64,000 nucleotides of DNA from Octopus sinensis. Lineage: Eukaryota. Shown in pieces: positions 1-12,410 of this stretch. The notes below the pieces were generated by a model. The model did no database searches and had not been told where the DNA came from. It saw only the letters and a list, made by a program, of their open reading frames with translations. The stretch lies in the NCBI RefSeq assembly GCF_006345805.1, contig NC_043001.1, forward strand, positions 98,332,001-98,396,000, given 5' to 3'. Both the position numbers and the translations under genes were made by a program. Position 1 is the first letter of the stretch. Each line of letters opens with the position of its first letter.

Positions 1-1374
1 GTTTTTATTTTTATTTTACTTGTATTTTTATTCATTTATTTATTTATCCATTCATTCTTCCTTTTTTTTGGCACTTATTAATTTATAATTAATTTAATTC
101 ATAATTAATTTACTCATATCTTAATTAATAGTAATTTCTGCTTACGTATCGTGTATGCATGTATACGTCCTTTGATGGACAGTCGTATATCTTGTTATTT
201 AGTAAATATAGGTAGAAATGTCGAAATGTGTTCATATATATATGTATGTGTATGTATATGTTTGTATGTATATATATGTTCAGAGATGGCTATAAGGGTG
301 TATGTTGTTCTTATGCATATGAGTACGCAAGTACGTATCTGAATATGTATATATGTTTATGCGAATACTTGCAATCACAGTACGTTAAAATTTATTAATG
401 TTTATGCGTCGAAATGTGTCCACATGTGTCCACATGTGTATATATATATGTGTATGTATGTTTTTGTATGTATATGTGTATTCATGGGTGGATATATATA
501 TATATATATATTTCTTATACGTATAGGTGCGCATGTATACATTTGAATGTGTATATATGTATATGCGAATGTCTGCAGACACAGTATATAGGAGTGTATC
601 AATGTTTATACATATGTGCGTGTGTGTGTATAAACGCTACATTGTGTACAAATGTTGGTATAGTTTTTCCCTTGCCTACGCTAGTGTAGTAGAAACCTAA
701 AGCTATCAACAAACCAACCGTAGGAAAGACAATGGTAATCTAATTTCAAACCCACAGGCCAATCATAATTTAGCGCTAGATCCGTACCTATTTCTGAAAT
801 AATAGTGTATTTGTCACAAGGAAAATTATAAACTTAAAATCGGACTTACATATGAACACCTGTGGATTTATTGTAGTATAAACAGAATGCTGGTACTCCA
901 TATTTCGTATGTATATGCGGATATATAACACTTTGCACGGTTTTGTAATACTATTGTGACTATATTGTTAATAATGAATTTATGTATTGTTTCTCAGTAT
1001 TAGCGTTATTGATAATAATATGAATGATGATATTGGTAGCATTAGTGGTAACGACAGTGATAATGATGCTAGCATTAATGACATTTTGGAAATTAATAAG
1101 AACTAATAGAAAGTAACCTTGACTCACTATATCTACATTTAGATATTAATGTGTATGTTTTTCTACATTGTAATTATCACAACATTAAGTTAAAAAACTG
1201 TAACATTGAATGTGGAGCATATGTATGTTTATTAATTTTTATTATTTATATCATTATGTATATATATATTTATATGTATATGAGTATGAGTATATGCACT
1301 CATATGTATATGTATATGTTTTATTATGGGTATACACCCACACCTTTATAAGTATATATGTAATCTAATTTGTA

Positions 1375-1501
1375 ATCTCCGAAGAGGCCTTAGGGTGTTT
1401 TTGTAAATGTCTCATTTATAACTACATATTGACCTACCATAAATGGCTAATATGAGTTGAATGAGACATGCATATCTACATGGCCGAAACAGCTGTAAGA
1501 T
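1375..1501 (+). ncRNA. Type I hammerhead ribozyme fold with U4C core variant and extended stem II
   Basis: atct-CCGAAGA-ggcc...(inner tgtctcatt/aatgagaca pairing)...ggcc-GAAAC-agct-GTA-agat. Stems I, II and a palindromic stem III all pair. Confidence 0.7.
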
Positions 1502-1711
1502 ATAGTCTATATTTATATTTATGTTCTATTATGCGTATTCTACTTATTGTATAACATTACTATTTTATGTACACCCCTTCATGTACAGTTTTACCCTGCA
1601 TTATTATGTTTAACCTTATAGTTTCTTATGTAGTGGTTTAATAAAGTATGTGATAGAGTATTATCTGGTAATTGATATTTGATTTCGATGTATTTCTCCA
1701 TTTTCTTATTT

Positions 1712-1776
<65 letters not shown>

Positions 1777-1942
1777 GTGTGTGTGTATGTGTCTTTGTGT
1801 TTGTTTCTCACCACCGCATCGCATTCGGTATTGGACTGTTTACGTCTCTGTAACTTAGCGATTCAGCAAAAACTGCCGATAGAATAATTAATACCAGGCT
1901 ATAAAAGTAAGTCCTGGGGCCAATTCGTTCGGCTGAAGACCT

Positions 1943-2253
1943 TAACGTGCAAGTAGCTGGGTACTCCGCAGACATCTGTGCCCTTAACGTAATTCCCGGG
2001 GAGATTCAGAGTGACACAGAATGTGACAAGGCTGACCCTTTGAAATACAGGTACTGCAGAAACAGGAAGAAAGAGTGAGCGAAAGTTTTGGTGAAAGAGT
2101 ACAGCAGGGTTCGCCTCCAGCCACTGCCAGAACCTCGTGGAAATTTAGGTGTTTTTGCTCAATAAACACTCGCAATGCCCGGTCTGGGAATCGAAACCGC
2201 GATCCTATGACCGCAAGTCCGTTGCTCTAACCTCTGGACCATTGTGCCTCTAC
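1943..2253 (-). mobile_element. tRNA-derived SINE, family C
   Basis: Reverse complement of the 11550-11932 element, including the B-box-like ggtttcgattccc. Confidence 0.8.
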
Positions 2254-2275
2254 ACGTATGTATGTACGTATATAA

Positions 2276-2880
2276 GGCGTAGGAGTGGCTCTGTGGTAAG
2301 TAGCTTGCTTACGATCTACATAGTTGCGGATTCATTCCCCCTTGCGTGGCACCTTGGGCAAGTGTCTTCTATTCTAGCCCCGGGCCGACCAATGCCTTGT
2401 GAGTGGATTTGGTAGACAGAAACTGAAAGAAGCCTGTCGTATATATGTATATATATATATATATATACCGGAGTAAACACATAAATGTGAAACAAGTGGA
2501 AAAAAGAGTACTCAAATACCAGTGGTAGAGTAATATGCTCTATTTAAAGCAGCTGAAAATTCAACAAATCCTGTCACTCTGAGTTTCGCGTTACTCAGAG
2601 TAACAGGTTTTGTTGAATTTTCTGCTGCTTTAAATAAAGTATATGTATATGTGTGTATATGTTTGTGTGTCTGTGTTTGTCCCCCTCCCCAATATCACTT
2701 GACAACTGATGCTGGTGTGTTTATATCCCCGTAACTTAGCGGGTCGGCAAAAGAGACCGATAGAATAAGTACTAGGCTTACAAAGAATAAGTCCTGGGGG
2801 TCGATTTGCTCGATTAAAGGCGGTGCTCCAGCATGGCCTCAGTCAAATGACTGAAACAAATACAGGAGTAAAGAGTAAAA
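2276..2880 (+). mobile_element. tRNA-derived SINE, family B, with CR1-like 3' tail; interrupted at its internal (TA)n
   Basis: Head ggcgtaggagtggctctgtggtaag, body ccttgggcaagtgtcttc, tail ggcggtgctccagcatggcc-cagtcaaatgactg-aaac. Many further copies in the window. Confidence 0.85.
2468..2644. mobile_element. Small fold-back insertion (Penelope-like remnant) inside SINE B
   Basis: Inverted arms 2533-2584 and 2593-2644 with an 8-nt loop. The apex carries a half-hammerhead (GAAAC-tcaga-GTR-acagg). Inserted in (TA)n. Confidence 0.6.
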
Positions 2881-4064
2881 TGAGTATATGTATTTATGTT
2901 GTTATGTACGTACGTATATGCGTATCTCGGACTATATTGCTGAAAACGTTCATTATTTTTTTAAGTGAATAGGGCAGAATCTGATGTTGATTTGGTTGAC
3001 GTTTCCATCAAGTAAAGCTACAATTTATCCGCTCCCCCTTTGGCTCAATGGATATTAATTCAATAAAACGGCATTTACCACTTCTTGGAAGATAATAATA
3101 TCTGTACCTCAAATTCACCGTTTCATTGTCCTCAATTGATTTCTTATAATAGCATTTCTTCGGTATGTTGTCACAGGATTATTTGCTAAAGTTTGATATT
3201 ATCGAAATAAACACTTAGCACCAAAATTTATACCTGTCAAAGATATGAAAGGTGACTTCAAATAGAATTTATACTGAGATAGGTGAATGTCTGCTATATC
3301 TTATTTTCTAAAGATAAGAACGGAAGTAACGAATACTCTGCTAAGAAATGATAAAGGAGAGGATTGCAATTTCTTTAGAGCGTTATCGAATGTCAATGAA
3401 AACATACCTTTAAATATATCCGTACCTTTTCATTTACACGTTTTGTTTGGTTTTTATTTCGTTTACATTGAGATTTTTAATAAAAGAGTCGTGTATAGTG
3501 TTTGTTTTTCGGATAATGGAGAGGGTAAAGTTGTGGAAGGAAGTATATTTAGGGTAGAGAGCGTGTAATTTAATTCAATAAGATTTAGGTTTTAGTATTC
3601 CTCGGTCTCAAGCAGCTTTTATGAACTGCCTGAATGATGTAACTTTAATCATTTGGTTACCATCGTTGGCTCTTCTCGCTCGCAATACTGTCATATTCTG
3701 GCAGAATTTTCTTTTATGAGATAAAAATCTGCTGGGAAATTAACCGGATTTGTTTATTTCTTTACTTATTTTCCAGAAATGGTGTACATTAGAATGCAAA
3801 GATTCAACCTTCGTTCAATGTTATTATTAATAACATTAAATAGAGAAACCCGCTGGAATATATCCTTTATTGAATTTTCATATTTCTGTTTTGATGCGTA
3901 AGATTCATAATATTATTATATTAAGTTCAAAATGTATTCGATATCATTCAAAAGTCTAAGAGCTCTTAAAGAGTTTTAGCGTAATACTTGAACGTATTTC
4001 ATACTAAAAATTAAAAATATGTCGTCAGTTTTCTTTTTCCTAAATGAATTTGCTTAATATAATC

Positions 4065-4818
4065 TTTTCTACTCTAGGCAAAGTGCCCGAAATTTTGGGG
4101 GAGGGGGCCAGTCGATTAGACAGACCCCAGTATGCAACTGGTACTTAATTTATCGACTCCGAAAGGATGAAAGGCAAAGTTGATCTCGGCAGAAATTGAG
4201 CTCAGAATGTAACGGCTGACGAAATGCCTATTTCTTTACTGCATACAAGGGGCTACACACAGAGGAGGTAAACAAGGACAGAAAAAGGGATTAAGTCGAT
4301 TACATTGACCCCAGTGCGTAATGGTACTTATTTAATCGACCCCAAAAGGATGAAAGGCAAAGTTCTCCTCGGCGGAATTTGAACTCAGAACGTAGCGGCT
4401 GACGAAATACCTATTTCTTTACTACCCACAAGGAGCTAAACACAGAGAGGACAAACAAGGACGGACAAACGGATTAAGTCGATTATATCGAAACCAGTGC
4501 GTAACTGGTACTTACTTAATTGACCCCGAAAGGATGAAAGGCAAAGTCGACCTCGGTGGAATTTGAACTCAGAAAGGTAGCGGCAGATAAAATACCTATT
4601 TCTTTACTACCCATAAGGGGCTAAAAACAGAGGGGACAAACAAGGACAGACGGATTAAGTCGATTATATCGGCCCCAGTGCGTAACTGGTACTTATTTAA
4701 TCGACCCCGAAAGGATGAAAGGCAAAGTCGACCTCGGCGGAAATTGAACTCAGAACGTAAAGACAGACGAAATACCGCTAAGCATTTCGCCCGCACTGCT
4801 AACGATTCTACCAGCTCG
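4065..4818 (-). mobile_element. Tandem array (about 4 units of about 184 bp) of tRNA-derived SINE family A
   Basis: Repeated gaccccgaaaggatgaaaggcaaagtcgacctcggcggaatttgaactcagaac; ctatttctttact recurs near 4228, 4411 and 4596. Confidence 0.85.
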
Positions 4819-4884
4819 ATGGCTTTTAAATTATCAAAATGTTTAATTATGAAGTGTATATATATATATATAGATATGTGTGTG

Positions 4885-5140
4885 TAAATGGAACAAAAGC
4901 GCAATTGAGAGCATTAAAACGTACGGACAGATAGACGATACAAAGGCGGACAAGAGAAACAACAATTAGAAGGACAGGCAAAAAACGTCGGGTCATTCTT
5001 AGCTTTCTTTCATCAGTCAAGTCCCAGAACACACGACCATTTCGGGCAGTTACACTTGGGATGGTTCGATCTAAGCTAAGAGTATTAGACTCATTTGTAA
5101 GAAAGCTATCGAAATTGTACGGCAACAAAGACAAAAATGT
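4885..5140 (-). mobile_element. (TA)n-adjacent repeat carrying a rearranged hammerhead-like motif, copy 1
   Basis: Homologous to 27232-27475 (shared blocks cgggtcat, tcagtcaag, atttcgg, gctaa..attag, atcgaa..tgtacg). Abuts a MITE at 5140. Confidence 0.65.
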
Positions 5141-5141
5141 A

Positions 5142-5579
5142 CAGTTGCGGCCAAAATGTTCAGAACGGCATTGTTTTCATCAGAAAAGTAGATATAATTT
5201 TTTTATCAAAGGTGTTTTATATTCTATAATTTTCACAGACAATAAATACAATATTAATTGTTATTGTCTGAGATTTGGGTGTAATTTGAGAGGATAATAC
5301 AAAAGTTATGGATGATTTAGTGATTTACTGCAAAACCCATGGCGGCCAAAATTATCAGAACGGTTGCTTTTACTCCGTGTTTTAGTATATTTAACCGGCG
5401 AACTCTAATGTTTTGAATTTGTTTATGTGACGGTTCGTTTACTAAACATTAGTAAGAATATTTGCAATGTACTTTGTTAATATAATGCCACTGACTCCGT
5501 TACCAATTCGTCAGCAGATAATTAAGCTTCGAAGGAAGGATAATTTAAGTATCGGATCTGAACATTTTGGCCGCAACTG
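5142..5579. mobile_element. Tc1/mariner-type MITE with IR-DR architecture
   Basis: 23-bp perfect TIR cagttgcggccaaaatgttcaga, TA on both sides, and an internal direct copy gcggccaaaattatcagaacgg near 5342. Confidence 0.85.
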
Positions 5580-6317
5580 TATATATAAAGAGAAATAACG
5601 TAATTATTTTATGAAGGAACGTTACATAAATGATAGAACTCCCTTGAAAAAATTTAGAATAGCTACTGAAAAATGGTTTGAATAAAATTTACATGTTTAT
5701 TAACCGGACAGTTTCAATATGTCAAGTTTTAACACTGAAGCTAGGAATCGTTGCCCCGAATCAAAAGCAATCGACAAATTGCTGCAAATATTCCTCTTTG
5801 ATAACAATGGAATAATTGCGATTGTTGAAATTGATCGAATTACAACATGATGAAGAAGAGGTTTCGACTTTGGGCTAGATTATGAAAGCATTATCGTAGA
5901 TGCAACACGTTTCAGTTTGGATGTGACAATGCAAGTACGTGCCTAGAGTCACAATGATGAATGCAATTGTCTGTCGCCGTCTTCTTCGTTACTTACACGT
6001 AAACGTGTGCTATTGTTGCTATTACCACGGTTTCTTCCTTCCTTCTGGGCATTTACCACAAAAGATCCAAAGAGTTTCTTGGCTTGATCACTCTATTTGC
6101 TAGATATAATAGCTATATTTTCCCTATGCCACTGTTTATTAGCTTAAAAGATGAATGGATTAATGTTGTCCTGTATTCATTGTTCGAAAATATGATACAG
6201 CAAGAACATTTTGATCAAAGGTCTGCTTTATCAGAACTGACCTTCGACTAAAGGCAAGGTTAAAATTAAAAAATTGATACTTCCGACAGTATGTATGTTT
6301 GTAGGTGTATATTAATA

Positions 6318-6713
6318 CTAGCACTATGACCCGGCAACGCCAGGTCATAGTGCTAGTGCATGCATATACAGCTGCGTGTGTGCGCACATACACGCGAGTA
6401 CTGTCCAAATCTCCGACTAATCACAGCTAGCTGGCATTCAAGTGGCGTATCAAGTTTCGGGCATTTTGATTGGGTTTTGGATAGAAAATTCACAAAAATC
6501 ACTTCTATTGAATTTTTAATGGCTTTGCGGGATTACTGGGGAAATGTAAAGATGTGCACGACCACCCTTGGACGGTTTTGAATGACCACAGAAAGTGCGA
6601 GCCCTCTAACAGAAAAATTGTGAATTTGTATAAAGGACACACACACACACACACACACCACACACACACACAACACACACACACAGACATTTTGCCGTTT
6701 ATATATATAGAGA
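6318..6713 (-). mobile_element. Non-autonomous Helitron-like element
   Basis: Minus strand starts TCtctatatatataaacggca (like 12570), ends in a hairpin plus CTAG, and sits between A and T. Confidence 0.75.
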
Positions 6714-7174
6714 TATCAGTTCAATTATTAACGAAAATATATTTGGTTTCTGATGCCTGGAAAATGCTGCTTCTGTTGTATTCGTGACAAATTAGCGATA
6801 TTTAAAGTTGTGTAGCAGCATCTGTGGAAATGGAAGAACGTATGATTGTGAGGTTAACTTCTTATATGTGTATGTACAAAGTATAGGAGTTTAGTTCACA
6901 GGTGATCTAAACTATTAGGTACGTTAGGTAAGTGCTGTAAAGTATTATTGGGGCTCCAAAGTTATAGCCGAGACGGTAGTTATGGAACCATTGTAGATTT
7001 CCGATGCAGCGAAATGCAACTAAAGACTTTTGCTCATGGATCATCGCAGAATTGCACCTAAGGACTCACGCTTTGGTTTCTATAACTTCGGAAAGTTGAA
7101 CTATAAACTTTTATGCTTTTTTTTCTTCTCTCTTTCCATGTTTGACGTCCTGTTTAACAATTATATATGTGTGT

Positions 7175-7300
7175 ATGATAGAATAAGTACTAGGCTTACA
7201 AAAAATAAATCCTGGAGTCGATTTGCTCGACTGAAGGCGGTGCTCCAGCATGGCCATTGTCAAATGACTGAAACAAGTGAAAGAGTAAAAGAGTAAAGAG
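7175..7300 (+). mobile_element. SINE B 3' fragment
   Basis: gatagaataagtactaggcttac...ggcggtgctccagcatggcc...aaagagtaaaagag. Confidence 0.75.
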
Positions 7301-7429
7301 TATACTATGCTTGGATTATTGGTGTACTTCACAGACTGTTAGTTTTGCTTAGTATCAAGCACTTTGTACTTTTGGTACGTGTAGATTCAGATGTTGATGA
7401 ATGCAATAACCGTTTAAGATTATAGGTAA

Positions 7430-7831
7430 CTAGCTGTATAGCCCAGCGTTGCTCGGGTTTATTTTCTTTTCGACGCTTTAAGATTGGAATTTTTGAAAAG
7501 TAAAAATTTTGCATTACGTAGCTTGTTATTCTCTTTAAGTGAACGTTTTATGGTTGAAATACACCGAAAAATGGCGACACATCAGTAAAAAAAAAAATCG
7601 TAAAAAATAGGGATTTTCATAGTAAAGAAGCACCTTTTTGATGTAAATTTTTTTGGTCTTAACATGATCCGGTTTGAATTTTATTTTCTACGGAATGAAG
7701 AGCAAGCATTCTTCTATCATACTCTCAATTTTGGTCAACTTGCGCCGCAGGGTCTCGGAGGAGATAGTGTTAGTTGAAGGCTACCAAACGTGCCACACAC
7801 ACGCACACAGACAATTTCAGCTTTATATATA
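7430..7831 (-). mobile_element. Non-autonomous Helitron-like element
   Basis: Minus-strand 3' end cccgagcaacgctggg hairpin, tatacag, CTAG|T. 5' end tatatataaagctgaaattgtctgtgtg. Confidence 0.7.
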
Positions 7832-8389
7832 AAAATTTAGACGTCAACAAGATGTTGTCGTCATCAACTTAGTCGAAACAGGTACTTTAGTCTCTATGTG
7901 TGTTCCTGATCTCTTAGTGGATAGCCTTGATGACTTTTGAGAAATGCTTCAACAGAACGACTGTTTGCTATAGGAGCAAAGATATTGTTATTTTGATTTG
8001 TCATGCGGTCTAACATTTTACAGAAATGTTGAAGAAACTACATACATTATATAGCGTGTTACGCCTGCTTCCGGTTTGGTTGATGTTGGACACAAATCTT
8101 TGACAGTTTCCCGTTTATTTTACGATATCCTTTTCTCTTACATTTTGTTTTATTTATTTTCTTGTTTATTGCCTGGCACTGTATTGATTTTCCCCTTTTG
8201 TGGCGTTACTACATTATCCTTTGTTTTTAACATGTGGTCCATTTCAGGTGTGTACGCTTTGAGGGTTATGTTATCGCGTAGTTGATATATTTTATTGAAC
8301 AAGTAACCTTCCTTATATCAGCTATTGAAATACTATTGAGTTTCTTCAAAACTTGATTTGTTTTTCGTAGCAGAATTTATTGCAGTGAG

Positions 8390-8895
8390 AAGGCAGCGAG
8401 CTGGCAGAAACGTTAGCACGCACTGGGATCGATATAATCGACTTAATCCGTTTGTCTGTCCTTGTCTGTCCTCTCTGTGTTTAGCCCCTTGTGGGTAGAA
8501 AAAGAAATTGGTATTTCGTCTGCCGTAACGTTCTGTCGTAAAGTTCAAATTCCGCCGAGGTCGACTTTGCCTTTCATCCTTTCGGGGTCGATTAAATAAG
8601 TATCAGTCACGCACTGAGGTCGATATAGTCGACTTAATCCGTTTGTCTGTCTTTGTTTGTCCCTTCTGTGTGTAGCCCCTTGTGGGCAGTAAAGAAATAA
8701 GAAACGTTAGCACGCCGGCCGAAATGCTTAGCGTTATTTCATCAGTCTGTACGTTGTAAGTTCAAATTCCGCCGAGGTCGACTTTACCTTTCATCCTTTC
8801 GGTGTCGATAAATTAAGTACCAGTTGCGTACTGGGGTCGATCTAATCGACTGGCGCCCTCCCCCAAAATTTCGGGCCTTGTGCCTAGAGTAAAAG
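8390..8895 (+). mobile_element. SINE A tandem/composite array
   Basis: Head ggcagcgagctggcagaaacgttagcacg and repeated gttcaaattccgccgaggtcgactttgcctttcatcctttcgggg. Confidence 0.85.
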
Positions 8896-9007
8896 AAACA
8901 AAACAAAACATTATTCTAGTGAGCTATATTAAAATTTGTTTTTTCATTTCAGCTTTTGAAAAGTTGTAGAACCAAAGTTTTTTAAGGTCTCCTTCATTGA
9001 TTTATGG

Positions 9008-9324
9008 CAGTGAGTCTCAACCGGGTTCTATAGAACTCCTGGTGGTCCATATAAGAATTTCGGGGGTCCATGGAAGCAAAATAGTAATATTTTAAGGGAC
9101 TATGAAAAACATTTGCTATTAGGTGTCGTTATTACAAGAAACGGATTTGTTTCTCTAACGTTTTACATGGTTTAACTTGTTTCTGACCACTATACAAGTT
9201 AAACTGCGAAAAACAAAACAGGAATTTTGGAAAAGGTGTTTATAAGACTAGCTTTTAAACATTGTATGGCTATGTGAGTCAAAGCAGACCAGCAGTAAAA
9301 AATGGTCGAGAACCGTACCGCTGA
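9008..9324. mobile_element. Degenerate hAT-type MITE
   Basis: Ends cagtgagtctcaacc and ggtcgagaacc..cgctg resemble CAGTGGTTCTCAACC-type TIRs. No TSD confirmed. Confidence 0.45.
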
Positions 9325-9402
9325 TTTAGGGCCTAGTGTTGGCAGAATCATTTGCTTGCTGTTATTTCTTCCGGTTCTTTAACTTTTTAGTTCAAATGCT
9401 AC

Positions 9403-9885
9403 GGAGCCTCGTGGAGCTTTAGGTGTTTTCGCTCAATAAACACACACAACGCCGGTCTGGGAATCGAAACCGCGATCCTCCGACCACGAGTCCACTGCCC
9501 TAACCACTGGGCAATTGCACCTCCACAAACATCACTATTAAACTGTCCTTACATGCCAACATGCCTCACCAATTTAAGGATGGTATTTCTATCCAAAACA
9601 TGAACTCCATTCAAAGCCTGATACTCATTCTATTGGTGTCTTTTGCCGAACCACTAAGTTACGCGGACGTAAACAAACCAACAGTGGTTGCCAAGCGGTA
9701 CTTGGGGACAGGGACACACACACATACGACAGACTTCTTTCAGGTTCCGTCTACCAAATCCACTCACAAGGCTTTTGTCGGTTCGAAGCTATATCAGAAG
9801 AGACATGCCCAAGGGGTCACGCAGTGGGGCTGAACCCTGTGATTGGGAAGGAAAGGTCTTACCACACAACCACGTATGCGCCTAT
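9403..9885 (-). mobile_element. SINE C head (9403-9527) and degenerate SINE B (9630-9885)
   Basis: Similarity to 11550-11680 and to 55228-55638. Confidence 0.7.
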
Positions 9886-10131
9886 GAACAACACTTGCAC
9901 CTATGAGCCAAGCCTGTGCCTATGAGTCACATCTGCGCATATGAGTCACATCTGCCCATAAGAGTCACATCTGCACCTATGAGCTACATCTGCGCCTATG
10001 AGTCACATCTGTACCTATGTGTCACACCTGCACCTATGTGTCACATCTTCGCCAAAGAGTCACATCTGCGCCTATGAGTCACATCTGCGCCTAAGAGTCA
10101 CATCTGCTCCTATGAGTCACATCTGCGCCTA
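9870..10131 (+). repeat. 19-bp minisatellite (gagtcacatctgcgcctat)n, about 13 copies
   Basis: Directly visible tandem periodicity. Confidence 0.9.
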
Positions 10132-10211
10132 TTTTGTTTCGTTTACTTTATTTCTAAGCGTTTGAATTCCTTGTGCGTAGTTATGTCCTTTTTAGTGACA
10201 AAATGTCGTTT

Positions 10212-10570
10212 ACTCTTTACTCTTTACTCTTTTACTCTTTTACTTGTTTCAGTCATTTGACTGCGGCCATGCTGGAGCACCGCCTTTAGTCGAGCAACTC
10301 GACCCCGGGACTTATTCTTTTTGTAAGCCCAGTACTTATTCAATCGGTCTCTTTTTGCCGAACCGCTAAGTGACGGGGACGTAAACACACCAGCATCGGT
10401 TGTCAAGCAATGCTAGGGGAACAAACACAGACACACAAACACACACACATACATATATATATATATACATATATACGACAGGCTTCTTTCAGTTTCCGTC
10501 TACCAAATCCACTCACAAGGCATTGGTCGGCCCGGGGCTATAGCAGAAGACATTTGCCCAAGATGCCACG
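10212..10570 (-). mobile_element. SINE B, 5' truncated
   Basis: (ctctttta)n tail and cagtcatttgactgcggccatgctggagcaccgcc. Confidence 0.85.
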
Positions 10571-11549
10571 CATCTTGTGGCACCAACAACGTAATAGATG
10601 CCATGTATATTTTGAAGTCTCCATCACGATTTGATCTCTCTTTCCATATCTAAGTATAGCTTGGAATCAGAAGTGTTTTGTCGTAACTTGTAGTTTTCTC
10701 TTGAATAACTTCGACAGAAATGTTATGTTCGACAACGAAGTTCTTTTCTATTTTTATAATTCCATCGCAAAGATATTTTCTACGACGTTCGTTTTGCTTT
10801 GCGATATGTTCTTCTTTTTTTAGCGGTGTTTTTTTTTTTTAACAACTTTTGGCTGTTGTTACGTATTGCATGGATAAATTGTATGCTGGTCATATTTCGT
10901 TCGGAATTACAAATATGAACAAGAGACAACAGCAACAGTTCCATCGTTCTTTGGTTACGTGTTATTATAAATTAGGGCTTGTTTACAAGAGATTTTGTTT
11001 CGCGTCGACTGTTTGTTTTGCCGTTTTATTGTTTTTCCCTACTTCGGCGTTCAACTGACCTTTACGTTAATTCTATTTAAGCATTATCTTTCGATTATCG
11101 AGGAAATATATGTTAAGCACGACTTGAAGGGTACTTAAAAATCCATGTTTTTACCTTCTATTTTCTGACGAGTTAAATCTGATTATGTTTCTTTTTCTGT
11201 TTAAGGATATAACGCTGTTATTTACGTACGAAGCTGGTTTAAACATCCTCTCTATTCGAGCCTGTTTGTAGTCTCAATCTGGTATCTGTGGGTGACATTT
11301 AAACATGTTAAGTAGAAAGTTTCATGATTTATTAAGGTAGGTCAGCTAGGTATAACTGCGCGGTTACGAAGATCGTTGTTTAGAGTTCAGTCCTAATGCG
11401 CGGAATCTCAAGAAAGTGTTTTCTACTATAATCTTCGAACCACAGATCATAACTGAATAAATGTATATGGTGAACGGAAACTGTGTGTAAGCCCGCAGTA
11501 TATATATATATATAACATGCTTGTTTGTAAGTGTATTATCTGTTTGTGT

Positions 11550-11932
11550 GTGGAGGCGCAATGGCCCAGTGGTTAGGGCAGCGGACACGCGGTCGTAGGA
11601 TCGCGGTTTCGATTCCCAGACCGGGCGTTGTGAGTGTTTATTGAGCGAAAACACCTAAAGCTCCACGAGGCTCCGACAGGGGATGGTGGTGATACCTGCT
11701 GTACTCTTTCACCACAACTTTCTCTCACTCTTACTTACTGTTTCTGTTGTACCTCTATTTCAAAGGGCCGGCCTTGTCACTCTCTGTGTCACGCTGAATA
11801 TCCCCGAAAACTACGTTAAGGGTACTTTGTCTGTGGAGTGCTCAGCCACTTACACGTTAATTTCACGAGCAGGCTGTTCCGTTGATTCGGATCAACCGGA
11901 ACCCTCATCGTCGTAACCGACGGAGTGCTTCC
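11550..11932 (+). mobile_element. Full-length SINE C with 14-bp TSD, nested in an old SINE B
   Basis: tRNA-like head (tggcccagtggttagg, ggtttcgattccc). TSD ttatctgtttgtgt at 11536-11549 and 11933-11946. Confidence 0.9.
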
Positions 11933-12129
11933 TTATCTGTTTGTGTCAGTCCCCTCTCCATTTCTTGAAAACCAATGATGGTTTGTTTACGTTCGCGTGA
12001 CCTAGCAGTTTGGCAAAAGAATTTGTGGTATTTTTAAAGAGAACATTAATATCTACCCACCAATATTTCCTCTGTATGACATGTGTGTGTGCGTGCGCGC
12101 GCGCCGGGGCTATGTGGGTGGAGATGTGT

Positions 12130-12410
12130 GAAGGTGCGTGGCTTAGTGGATAGGGTATTCGGCTCACGATTGTAAGGTCATGAGTTCGATTCTCGGCGAC
12201 GCGTTGTGTCCTCGGGGAAGATACTTTATTTCACATTGCTCCAGTCCACTCAGCCGGCAAAAATTAGTAGTACTTGTATATCAAAAGGCCGGCCTTGGTA
12301 CATTCTGTGTCACGATGAATCTCTCCGAGTACACGTGTCTGTGGAGTGCTCAGCCACTTGCACGTTAATTTCACGAGCTGAAACACTCGTCGCCGTAACC
12401 AGTGAAGTGC
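12130..12410 (+). mobile_element. SINE with family D head and family C tail
   Basis: ggtgcgtggcttagtgg head, ccagtccactcagc body, gtggagtgctcagccacttgcacgttaatttcacgagc tail. Related copy at 21153-21467 on the minus strand. Confidence 0.7.

Noticed and set aside
4065-4818. Regularly spaced repeats as a possible CRISPR array (also 9870-10131 and 22091-22510)
   Set aside because: There are no unique spacers and the context is eukaryotic; these are SINE multimers and a minisatellite.
11550-11625. tRNA gene
   Set aside because: The tRNA-like head runs into a SINE body bounded by TSDs.
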